Shown: one piece after another, positions 21,824 through 33,370 of the stretch
How positions within the stretch are numbered: the stretch's first letter is position 1
Layout: every line of letters starts with the position of its first letter
Source of the DNA: Octopus bimaculoides
Lineage: Eukaryota
Direction of reading: 5' to 3'
NCBI RefSeq assembly: GCF_001194135.2
Contig: NC_068985.1
Span: forward strand, 36,003,279 to 36,067,278
Length of the DNA: 64,000 nucleotides
Position numbers and translations under genes: made by a program
The notes under the pieces: model-generated
Told to the model about the DNA's origin: nothing
The model's input: the letters and a program-made list of their open reading frames with translations, nothing else
Database searches by the model: none

Positions 21824-24800
21824 GCTTAGGTAATTATGAAGTAAATATGTCAATGCATAAGAATTGTTTTGTGGCTAGGACTCATGTTACAAAAAGATGG
21901 AAAAACAAATGAAATGACAGCAATCACATTTATTTTACCAATGTTACCAAAAAAAGAAAGTCTCCCCAAATCTGGTTTTCCTTTTTTCTATAAATTTGTT
22001 GTTTTGTGTTTAATAAATAGAATGTAAAATATAAGTTTTATAAGATCAAAAAACATATTAAGCTGACAGCACTTAACAAGGCAGACAAAAATCCTTCTGA
22101 GTAAGGGTAGATAACTCTTACATGATTGTTTATTCTTCCTACTAGTTTAACATGAAATATTTTCTTATTGCCAACCTTTAATTTGTCGTTGGCCAGTTGA
22201 ATGAATTAGATATTGATTACCAGCCCGTACTATGTTTAAATTTTACAACTGGCATTTTAACTGCCTTTCTCAACATTGGATTTTTCTATATGTCACAGTT
22301 CAAATAAAACTTAATCGTTTTTTTTTTAATCACAAATCATTGGATGTAGAGGGATTTATTCCTAAAGTGAAATTAAACGTGTATCCTTTGCAACGTGATT
22401 CTATTCAGGTTTTATTATGCACAGGGCAGTTTTTCTTATATAGGGCACTCAGTTTCATTAACACACGCAGTATTGGCAATCTGAATTCAACTCATCCTGT
22501 TCATTTGCAATATAATGTTATTGAAGTTTTGCTACACATCTAATATTATTACTGCTTTGTTTGGTGCTAACTTATGTGCCCTTCATTAAAATGTATTCAA
22601 TACAGGAAATACTTGTTTGCGAATGGTTCCAGTACATGCGCATTAGCTAGTGTGTATGTGTGTTGCGCGCGCGCACACACCTATATATATACACACACGC
22701 AGACACATACACACATATATACTTAACCTTTAGAACCCATAACACGGGTATAATGGTGGCAATGCTGGGCACGCACATCGTAGCAACAGTAAATAGATAC
22801 AGAATCACTGAGTACTGCATGTTTTGATCGACTAATCGTTGGTAAATACCAGTACACGTAAATTGTGCTTAATGACAATGTCGAAAGTGTACCATAAATG
22901 TTATGACAGCCTCATCTACCATAAAATATATAATACAATTTCTACATTGTCATTGCTTCTAATCCCTGTCAGAATTTGGTACAAATAGCTCAGGAGCCCA
23001 GGCATAGGATCAAATAGCACGAATAATAGTAACGCGTGCTGAGTGAAAACTTAATAATAAAACGAATGCTAGTATACATGACTTACTCCCTATTGTATTC
23101 CTTACTTCATTTTAATGGGTTAATTAGTTCAAGGGTTATCTCCCCTGTTTTCTTTTTTTATGAACTTGAGCCCTGTCGTTTTACTATTAAGCTTTCATGT
23201 AGCGAATATGTCGGTGTAATTTTACTCGGTTATCCTGAGGTTTTAGTATAGGAGAAAATATGGATAAGTTCAGTCAATTGGATAAACCATTTCATCACGT
23301 TGTAATTAATTAATATTTCTAGTGCTTATAAATTAAGCTTTTTTGCATTATACCTGGTCATATTTTATAGTTATCTCCCCTGACATCTGTAAAATTTATT
23401 TAAAGACGTTTATGTATTTGTTTTGCAAGATTCCTGGTGTGAGATGGTGTATTGAAACAGATATTGTTTCGGAATGTTTAGAAAAATAAAGATAAAAATG
23501 ACCATCCCGAAATATAATAAATTTTAAACCTTTATCAGAAAATTGAAGATCCTTTACAAAAAATTAATTAATTGAACCAATGAAGAAAAAATTCAAATTA
23601 ATCCATTTTTAACATTATGCATATTTTAATAATTTACTTGCCTTAGGTACAAAAACCTCTGTTTATAGAATAATTTTAAAGAGCATAATAAAATTAGCGC
23701 TATTAATAAACAAGAGGAGCAATTGCATAAATATGTACACAGCAAAGGGAAATATTCTTGAATCTAAGATAGAGTATCCATTATATCAATTACAATAAGT
23801 TCTTTCAACATATCGCCAGAATAAAACGTTTTCACAGGAAGACAATTCCAAAATTACTTAATCCTTGGCCTAGAACGGGGGTCACCAGTGACTTCTTATA
23901 CTACCATGGATGTCACCGGTAATTCAGAAGCAGCCACTCCTTAATTCAACCCACAGTTGACGACCGGGTCAGCAGCCAATTCTGCGACAATTACAGCTAC
24001 AACAAACACTTTGACCAGCTCTAAATTTACCCACGTTTCCATATCACTAACTACTAAATCAAAAGAAATTCAATTTATTGCATCTTTAACGACTTCAGAT
24101 ATTGCTTATGAGAAAAAAGGCGGCGATAATGTATTATTTCAAAAGTGGATAAAACAAATTCTCATACTGGGGGTGGGGATTGAAATTTTAACTGGGGGTG
24201 CTGAGCATCCTATACCCCCCTCCCACCGTGGCTACGTGCCTGTTCACAAGGGTGATTTTTTTTAATGGTACCTACATTACTCAAATTTAGAAAATTTACA
24301 GAATACACATTTCTTTGTATTTCTTAGATGGTTCGATATGAGAAGGGTGTAAACTAGTTATCTCAATCAACGGAGCACTACCCTCGATAAAACAATTTTT
24401 GTGAAAAGACATTAAGGCTTATACAATATAACCTTAGATATTTCAACGTGTAACGCCAGTGACTCGTTGTCCCTTGCGAGTCACTGGTGATATCCATGCT
24501 TTAAATCAATGTGATAGTTTATTCAGTGAACTGGAATACACACACACACACACACGTATATATATATATATGTGTGTGTATATTATATGGTTTTTTAAAA
24601 AGTGAAAAATATGCGTTTCTAATTTATAACAAAATTAGATCGCTAGCGCAAAATGAATTCAATAAGTAAAGAGGTAGAATTTCTTCCACTCACTTGGCGT
24701 TTTTGAAATTTTCAAAATGTGTACTTCTAATGTAGCTTTATATACTGATGACAAAAATCGCATTCATTTTTTTTCTAGAAATTAATAAGAAGTTACGAGC

Positions 24801-25027
24801 ATTTAAAGTTTTATATTTTTAGCCTATCAGCGGCCTCCATTTGGCGATCTATCGTATGCTGATCACCATTGCCATGGAAATGAGCCCAAACCTTTACATG
24901 CTCCCTTAATCTGCTAGAAATAGCAACCAAATCTTCCTGTAACTACATAACTTCTGAAAAAAAAAAAACAAAGGGATGAAACATTGTGCCACAGCACTGT
25001 TTAATTCCTCACTTGTGGCCGGCTGAC

Positions 25028-25270
25028 TTAAGTCAGTCCCCGCGGATGTAAACTTTTATCGATTTTACAACCCTCGAAAACTGTAAACAAGGTTTAAATA
25101 CCAAACTTTGTGTATAAGAAAAGAGAAAGTATACCTAATATTGATCTGTGGGGCCCAATAAGTGTTATGAGAGTCGTAAGTTTGATAAAAGATTACGTCT
25201 GTGGCACAATATTTACAATTTTCGAGGTTCGCGAATTCAATAAAAGATTACATCCATGGGGATAACTTAA
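25028..25270. mobile_element. MITE with ~55-bp imperfect TIRs and possible TTAA termini
   Basis: Left ccccgcggatgtaaacttttatcgattttacaaccctcgaaaactgtaaa. The reverse complement of the right end is ccccatggatgtaatcttttattgaattcgcgaacctcgaaaattgtaaa. TTAA occurs at 25028 and 25267. Confidence 0.65.
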
Positions 25271-25443
25271 ATGTTATTTATAATACTCAACAAGAAGCAC
25301 TTGGGCATGCCTGCGACTTTCGTGATGCAATGCAGCATCAGAACAATATATATTTTTTCATAATTAGGTGAAAATTTGTAAAACTTCATGTGATAGAAGA
25401 AATTTAGCAAAATCTTGTAATCATATATAAAAGAGAATAAAGA

Positions 25444-25990
25444 CAAGGACAGTTCTATATTTGAGAGATGAGGAATTATGTACATTATTTACATTTGACG
25501 GATATTTGTCCTCATCTTGTTTGTTGTTAACACATTTCGACTGATATACTCTCCAGCCTTCTTCAGGTGTCCTGGGGTCCCTAGGACACCTGAAGAAGGC
25601 TGGAGAGTATATCAGCCGGATCTTGTTCAAAACGGGGGCACCAGTATTTTCTTAACGAACACACGTGTGTTGCCTCTCTGCAAAATGTCAGAAGGAGTAA
25701 GTATAAACAGCTGAATACTTGTCAGTGATTGGTTGAAATTATCGAAATAAGACAATTTTTTACATGAAATAAATTCGAATACAAAAATTTTTTTCTGTTC
25801 TATAACACAAAATAGATAAGTATACGAAGTTTGAAAGTCTTTCGGTACCAAAAACACTGCATAAAACATAAATGAAAACTGGTGCCCCCGTTTTGAACAA
25901 GATCCTATCAGCCGAAACGTTGTGTTAACAACAAACAACATGAGGACATATATCCGTCAAATGTAAATAATGCAAATAAAGACAAGGACG
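25444..25990. mobile_element. Inverted pair of PLE terminal-repeat fragments with hammerhead motifs; the plus copy is split by a MITE
   Basis: Centre of symmetry ...ttcaggtgtcctggggtccctaggacacctgaag... Both arms match the 13375-13510 repeat, with CTGAAGA cores. Confidence 0.85.
25618..25905. mobile_element. 288-bp MITE with perfect 27-bp TIRs and an 8-bp TSD (Merlin-like)
   Basis: TIRs ggatcttgttcaaaacgggggcaccag / ctggtgcccccgttttgaacaagatcc. TSD tatcagcc at 25610-25617 and 25906-25913. 5'-GG termini with an 8-9 bp TSD are Merlin features; hAT or P cannot be excluded. Confidence 0.85.
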
Positions 25991-26368
25991 TTATACATAC
26001 ACACACAAATTTTAACAAGCACAAAGCCTGAAGTGGTAAAGGAGCTAGTCGATGAAATCAACTTCAGTACTTCGACTCGTACTTTGCTTTATTGACTCAG
26101 AGGGTGGAGGACGTCAGTATGAGATAAACTTAGTTTCAATCCGGAATGCAATGAACCGAAGAAATACCGACGTTCTTACGATGCTGCAAATTCATCGCCC
26201 TTTTGTCATTCCGGGCATCAAGTCGCAAAATCTGGAGAAGGAATTGGTCAATTAAACCGACTCGTAATTGACTGATACTTCTTTCATAAACTTCGGCAGG
26301 ATTAAAACTCAGCACATAAAAATAATAAAGCATAACGACTCGGAGTTTAGTATACCCCCAGCTTTGAT

Positions 26369-26728
26369 ACTCTTTTACTTGTTTCAGTCATTTGACTGTG
26401 GCCATGCTGGAGCACCGCCTTTAGTCGAGCAAATCGACCCAGGACTTATTCTTTGTAAGCCTAGTATTCTATCGGTCTCTTTTGACGAAGCGCTAATGTT
26501 ACGGAGACGTAAACACACCAGCATCGGTTGTCAAGCGATGTTGGGAGGACAAACACAGACACACACACACATATATATTATATACATACGACGGGCTTCT
26601 TTCAGTTTCCGTCTACCAAACCCACTCACAAGGCTTTGGTCGGCCCGAGGCTATAGTAGAAGACGCTTGCCCAAGGTGCCACGCAGTGGGACTGAACCCG
26701 GAACCATGTGGTTGGTAAGCAAGCTTCT
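26369..26728 (-). mobile_element. SINE family A, young copy with CpGs retained
   Basis: Reverse complement of the family consensus. Confidence 0.9.
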
Positions 26729-27796
26729 TTATTTCATAAATATTTGCCATAAAGGCATTACAAAGAGGGGACGAACAAGGACAAACATAAAAGGGGTGAA
26801 GTAGCCGTATCGATTAAATATTTACAATTTTAAATATACAATCACACAACCACTCCTACGCCTAGATATTCATAACTTTCAGAAAAATAGATGTTTTTTA
26901 ATGAAATTCTCTATGAATATGCATTATATCATGTAGATTCCGAATTTACAAAATTTGGGGAGGAAATATTTTAGGAAGGGTGGGGAATTTTGGAAAATTC
27001 ACCAGAGTTCACTTCAATTGACTTAACTTTCAAGAAAATGGATATTCAGAATATAACACATTTCGTAGAAAATTTCATTAAAAAATATCCATTTTTTAAT
27101 GAAATCCAAAGTTGGGGGCGGGGTGCAGAAATCTGTAGTTATGCCAGATAATACATAATTATAAAAGTAGTAAAATATCAATATCCAAGATGATCCAGTA
27201 TTTTACGGAATACAGTAATACCTCGCCATATCGCGGTTTATTATTTAAGCTTTCGTCGATTCCTCGGTGGTGGTGTTTCGCATTTATAATAAAAAAAATA
27301 TTTATACAAATTATACACAGATAAATAGAAACAGAGGAAAGTAAAAATGATTTCTGACATAGGTACACATGATCAAGGAAAAAGATGTGTAATGGTCAAT
27401 GAAGAAATGAAAAGTCAACTTCAGCTAGATCTGAACTCAGACAGGCTACAACTTTTTGGGGAAAATAATAAGCGATTTATTTGACATAAACACGTGAGTG
27501 GTGGTACTTAATTTACTGAAAGTGTGAACGGTAAAGTATACCATTTAAAAAGGAAAGCGAAAGACGGTCGACGGGATTTGAACGCAGAGCAGCAAGAGAC
27601 ATAAACAAACACCGCAAGGTATTTTGGCAGTTATTTTTAATAAGACTCGATTCCATAAGTTCTTTAAGCAAAAGTTTTCTCCAAATCTACCGAAGGTAAT
27701 AAAAAACAATATGAATTCAATAATAAATTATACATCACATAAATTGAAAGAAAAAAAAAATCAAATGTTTTTGTAAAGATTTTCGATTTCAGGTTA

Positions 27797-28090
27797 TTAA
27801 CGTATTATTTCAAATTTTTTGAATTTTAAGGTTGGGATAAAAACTTCTTTGGAAAATTCACATTTTTCGATAGATGAAGAAGGACTCCCTTCTTCTGATA
27901 ACCACTTTTTCATGGGGACGATTTGCTCTCTTGAACCCTGAATGACGCCTTTCACAGTCTTCTGGTTAGTATTCATTACCCAGCCGACTACATTCAATTC
28001 TTTCGCTTTAATTTGAGTACATTTGCGGAAAAAAACACCTTGGACTTTACCAAAAACTTCGTAGTTCACTGTTACAAATTTTCCAGACAT
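27797..28090 (-). CDS. ACYP: Acylphosphatase (97 aa), complete intronless ORF
   Basis: MSGKFVTVNYEVFGKVQGVFFRK...VVGWVMNT...TVKGVIQG...MKKWLSEEGSPSSSIEK...FEIIR. Both acylphosphatase signatures are intact (G.VQGV.FR with the catalytic Arg; GWV.N with the catalytic Asn), and the length is typical. Confidence 0.96.
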   Translation of the reverse strand: MSGKFVTVNYEVFGKVQGVFFRKCTQIKAKELNVVGWVMNTNQKTVKGVIQGSREQIVPMKKWLSEEGSPSSSIEKCEFSKEVFIPTLKFKKFEIIR

Positions 28091-28659
28091 ATTTAAATTT
28101 TGAAAAAGGAAAATGCAAGCGTTGTGCTATCAGAAAGCGTCATTAACGGTAACAAGGTAACATATATTGCGTCACCGTTATTATAGTCAACTCTGGTAAC
28201 TCGCCCTTAGATTGATATTCTTCAATTAAAAAAGACCTAAAAAGTAGTTCAAGGCGGTAAAATCATGTTACTTGTCTGCTAGAAGTATTTCTTAACGAAA
28301 GCACTGTGTAACAGAAATCCCGATCTCTTGAAATCCCCTGGATGTGTGCAACAAGGAAAATACGTACATAATGAGTGTGTTTGTAAGATAATGTTCAAAT
28401 ACTCTGTCTACGCCTTCAGAGGTCTGCTCTGTCAGAACTCATCTGAGGTTTAACAACATAGTGGTTATATTTGTGTATGTTCTTTTGTTTAATTCAGAAT
28501 AAATTTTGACCGGCCACTTGGTAAGGTCAATATACAGTTTCAGACTCGTTAACGAAAACAAAACAAAACAAAAAAAAAAAGCCCCAGCCTACTTGATGTA
28601 AAAAAAAAATGTGTAGAAAACGAATATGAAAAAAAAAAAAAATTGCGCAAACGAACGAG

Positions 28660-28964
28660 GTGGGGGCGGAGAGAACTTTCGGAAAATTCACAAGATCCAA
28701 TTTTCCCTCATAACTTTCGGGAAAATGGATATATATTACTGAAATTTTATAGAGATACCGTTCAAATGACGCAAATTACGATTATAAAGAAATTTCTGGG
28801 GAAAATGTTTTTCGAAGGAGTGAGGAGCAGACTGTCGGAAAATTCGCACGATCCGTTTTTCTCCTTCATAACTTTCAGGAAAATGGATATCTTTTAATGA
28901 AATTTTACAGAAACACCTTTCAAACAACATAGATTACAATTATAAAGAAATTTGTGGAGAAAAA
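28660..28964. repeat. ~157-bp tandem repeat (about 2 units visible) running into a gap
   Basis: cggaaaattc.ca.gatcc...tcataactttc.ggaaaatggatat...tgaaattttat/cag recurs at ~28680 and ~28837. Related motifs occur at 26865-27100. Confidence 0.75.
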
Positions 28965-30115
28965 NNNNNNNNNNNNNNNNNNNNNNNNNNNNNNNNNNNN
29001 NNNNNNNNNNNNNNNNNNNNNNNNNNNNNNNNNNNNNNNNNNNNNNNNNNNNNNNNNNNNNNNNNNNNNNNNNNNNNNNNNNNNNNNNNNNNNNNNNNNN
29101 NNNNNNNNNNNNNNNNNNNNNNNNNNNNNNNNNNNNNNNNNNNNNNNNNNNNNNNNNNNNNNNNNNNNNNNNNNNNNNNNNNNNNNNNNNNNNNNNNNNN
29201 NNNNNNNNNNNNNNNNNNNNNNNNNNNNNNNNNNNNNNNNNNNNNNNNNNNNNNNNNNNNNNNNNNNNNNNNNNNNNNNNNNNNNNNNNNNNNNNNNNNN
29301 NNNNNNNNNNNNNNNNNNNNNNNNNNNNNNNNNNNNNNNNNNNNNNNNNNNNNNNNNNNNNNNNNNNNNNNNNNNNNNNNNNNNNNNNNNNNNNNNNNNN
29401 NNNNNNNNNNNNNNNNNNNNNNNNNNNNNNNNNNNNNNNNNNNNNNNNNNNNNNNNNNNNNNNNNNNNNNNNNNNNNNNNNNNNNNNNNNNNNNNNNNNN
29501 NNNNNNNNNNNNNNNNNNNNNNNNNNNNNNNNNNNNNNNNNNNNNNNNNNNNNNNNNNNNNNNNNNNNNNNNNNNNNNNNNNNNNNNNNNNNNNNNNNNN
29601 NNNNNNNNNNNNNNNNNNNNNNNNNNNNNNNNNNNNNNNNNNNNNNNNNNNNNNNNNNNNNNNNNNNNNNNNNNNNNNNNNNNNNNNNNNNNNNNNNNNN
29701 NNNNNNNNNNNNNNNNNNNNNNNNNNNNNNNNNNNNNNNNNNNNNNNNNNNNNNNNNNNNNNNNNNNNNNNNNNNNNNNNNNNNNNNNNNNNNNNNNNNN
29801 NNNNNNNNNNNNNNNNNNNNNNNNNNNNNNNNNNNNNNNNNNNNNNNNNNNNNNNNNNNNNNNNNNNNNNNNNNNNNNNNNNNNNNNNNNNNNNNNNNNN
29901 NNNNNNTTTCATTAACGGGTCTCAAACTGTATACTGACCGAAAGTAAATTTTTATCACCTCACCCCCACACTTTTCACCAAAAGAGAGGAAAAACCATGA
30001 AAATCCTGATTCAGAAAAAATATGCGGCCCGGATATTTTGGAAATTTTTTTTTTTTGGTGGAAAGCTTGGGATGAGGTGGTAAAAATTTACCAGAAAGGT
30101 ATCTTGTTTTATGCA

Positions 30116-30260
30116 TCATCCTTTAAATCTTAAGGTCTTGCAAACTTTAATAGTCCCAGATATTGCGACCATTTGTAGTTGAATTATTTTCACAATCTCC
30201 ACAATTCTTGAAGAAATGCAAAGATCATAAATAATGCTCTTCTTACTTAGACTAATGGTG
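30116..30260 (-). mobile_element. R4/Dong extreme C-terminal fragment
   Basis: IQLQMVAISGTIKVCKTLRFKG* matches the C-terminus of the 9790-10460 copy. Confidence 0.65.
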
Positions 30261-30381
30261 CACAACAAAGGAGAGAATTTCCAAAGAAGAAAAAAGTTAT
30301 TAAAAATTGCAGAATTATAATACAAACAAATTACTTCTGTCAATATTTCATGCTTCCATATAAGATAAGTTGTTTTCCGCT

Positions 30382-30540
30382 TCTATATAAATAAAAGTGA
30401 AATTCTGTCTGTCCGTGACCCCTGTATCTCAGTCTACATTTGCCCTGCATAGACATATACCTTTTTGGAATCAGGATGATCCCAGGGTTGAAAATCTGAC
30501 TTTCATTTGGTTCTTGAACATCCAGCATTGGGATCTGACG
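30382..30540 (+). mobile_element. Helitron-like non-autonomous element, 5' fragment
   Basis: Starts TCTATATAAATAAAAGTGAAATTCTGTCTGTCCG. A second copy lies at 62230-62390 (minus). Confidence 0.45.
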
Positions 30541-30954
30541 AAAGAGCATTTGGGTGACTGTGAGAGATTTTAAATGGTTTACAAGCGCTATAATAATAAA
30601 TGCGACATTCTGTGTTAGAAAACTGACCAAAACTTTTTGAATTTAATACCAAACCTTTGTGACAGTTACCTCCATTAGCTACAATAATACAATTAGCTAG
30701 AGTCAAGGACAATCACTCTAAATCATTGGACTTCACCTCTTGCAGCAGTGCTTTTCCTATGTTGGTTGTTCCAGAGTTGGAAATGGCAACAATCTCTTCA
30801 TAGTAACACCACAGTTAAAACCAAGAATTTTGTTCAGCTTTACAGTGATCTCCAAATATCACAATGATACAAAATTCTCCAAATATGATACTCTGTGATA
30901 TAAATTTGAGATGGTAGGATACCAATAAATGTTTCATTATTATTGCTCTCATAA

Positions 30955-31165
30955 GGTAGTTAGCTAGCAGAAACGTTAGCACGCCGAGTGTAATGCTTAG
31001 CGGTATTTCATCTGTCTTTACATTCTGAGTTCAAATTCTGCCGAGGTCAACTATGCCTTTCATCCTTTCAGGGTCGATAAATTAAGTACCAGTTGCATCC
31101 TGGGTCAATCTAATTGACTGGTCCCCTCCCCCCAAATTTCGGGCCTTGTGCCTAGAGTAGAGATT
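30955..31165 (+). mobile_element. SINE family B
   Basis: agctagcagaaacgttagcacgccg...ttctgagttcaaattctgccgaggtc...gggtcgataaattaagtaccag. Confidence 0.85.
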
Positions 31166-33039
31166 ATTATTGCTCTCTTCTGTTTGGGACTGAAGGCTCA
31201 ATAAGCCCTCAACAGGAACTAACTTAAAAGTCTGCATGGAGTGTGACTTTGAAGCTAGTTCGTAATAGTTGTAAAGCTTAAAATCTGTCTCAACAACTAT
31301 TTATTGGGATTTTCCCTGGATGTTTAATTTTAGTCTTTATAGTATTTTAAATGTTAATTATACTTTCACTTATTTAACTGACCCTACTCTAATACTTACC
31401 CAATCCTTTTTCCCTAGAGAGTCATCCTTCTAGAATACCCTCTTCACCTATGTTTCTCCTGCTGTCATTAAATTACAGTCATTCAAAAAGAGCATCAACC
31501 ATATCAAGCTCACCAATCTTGGAAGGTCTGAAAAGATCATGAATGTAGTCCTTTCCTTCTGACTAAAGCCATTAAAAAAGAAAAAAGTCAATATTTTTTC
31601 TGTAATGAAAAAAGTCTAAGTATATTAAACATATATGTTTTATTCACACTAGAAAGAGAAGACATGTAAAGGTGGTTCAGCAAAGTTGATCTCAGAACAG
31701 TAAAGCATCCAGTTTGTCAACTTTACTTTGCTGTCTCCACTGCTCTGTGAGGAAGATTCACCTGGAGCTTTCGTATGTCTCATGAGCCTATAGATCTGAA
31801 CTTAAAAAGTTCCTTTCAAACCTGGGCAAGATATTTTCTAAGGAATATCAGAACTTAGTATCAGTGATGGAATGACACAGGTGTGTCTGGCAAAATGTTC
31901 TTTGGTGGCCAGTTCCATTCCCTCAGTTCTGAGTTCAAATTTTGAAGCCAAAATTCATTTTCATCTTTATATTTACCTTTGTAGCATATGCCTTAAGGGA
32001 TACTTCTCTCTTTCTCTCTCTGTTATATATATACATGGATACAGACGTAGTGGATAACAGCTAGCCTTTGCCCACACTTTTGGACCCTGTTGTGTCCATC
32101 ACTCTGTTTGGTTGGTATTGGCGCATTTTGTCTCCTGTTCTATTGTGCGCCAAGATGCAACCCAACCAATCGCAGCCTTCAGATAATGTCGCATGAGACA
32201 GGCTTTTCTGAACCCCAGTTTGAGCTGACTGAATGTTATAAACAGCTAGCTTCTCACTGTCACAGTTTGTCAGTCTTCTCGGCTCCAAACCTTCTGAGGT
32301 TTAGCCGCTGACTACAGAGCACACAGCCAGTTCCAGCGACGACAACAGCCACATGGAGGCTCAACACTCAACCAGCAGCTTACGGCAAACTCCATCTTCG
32401 TCGCCACCATCATCTTCTTAACTACACCAACTTCTCTACGTACACACCACCAGCAGTATTCGCAAAGGTTCTATCTCCACACTGTTTGTGAATTACTTCA
32501 CCATGGTTAACAGCGAGTACAACCTGCGAGACCTCCTGTACCAAGTAACTGGCCACAGCATCGTAGCCTCAACTTCTCGGGCGACAGTATCTTTTCTCGG
32601 CTCTGCTTTGCTGCCAAGACTTCTTGTACAGCACCTCTACCACTGTGTACCTTGAATATGAACTGGTATTTATCGTCCTTCTGTCTGGACTTTCTTCTAA
32701 CGCCCTTATAGACTGTTTTCTATGCTCTGTACTTATCACACACACAAACATCCATGTTTGTACACACATACACTTTGCTTACATGACGACCTGTCTATTA
32801 TTATGTTTATATGTTGCACTCACATACACAGACACACATGTTGACGTATCAATAAAATCTTCTCTTAAACCTTCTACCGGTTGTGTCTCTCTTTACCCTC
32901 TAGCACTTATACTCATTTATCCTCTTTTTGTACTTTTATTTGTATCGACCGTGCGATGTACTAAAGGAGCCATTCCACGTCACCTCTCCTTGTCGCACGG
33001 TCCTTACACCTTTCTTTCCAGCAATTATTTTTGTGCATA

Positions 33040-33370
33040 TGATTTCTGGTTCTGTTCTACTGCACAGTACCTTGAGCAAGTGTTTACTTCTATAGTCCCA
33101 GGTCGACCAACGCCTCATGATTGAATGTGGTAGACAGAAACTGTGTAGAAGCCCATCGTTTGTTTATGTGTATGTGTGTCCCCTCTCCACTGCTCGACAA
33201 CTGGTGTTGGTTTGTTTACGTCTCTAATTTAGCGGTTTGACAAGAGATGATAGCATGAGTCCCAGATTTAAAAAAAAGTACTGGGGTCGATTTGTTCGAC
33301 TAAACCCTTCAAGGTGGTGTCCCAGCATGGCTGCAGTCCAATGACTGGAAAGCGTAAGAGATAAAGGATA
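33040..33370 (+). mobile_element. SINE family A-related copy, diverged
   Basis: accttgagcaagtg...gtactggggtcgatttgttcgactaaaccc...ccagcatggctgcagtccaatgactg. Confidence 0.75.

Noticed and set aside
26268-26804. 178-aa ORF and similar recurrent peptides (LPNPLTRLWSA..., EDTCPRCHAVGL...)
   Set aside because: They are translations of SINE family A, recurring at every copy.
28894-29958. Long 330-354 aa ORFs (likewise 47607-48617)
   Set aside because: They are artefacts of N runs.
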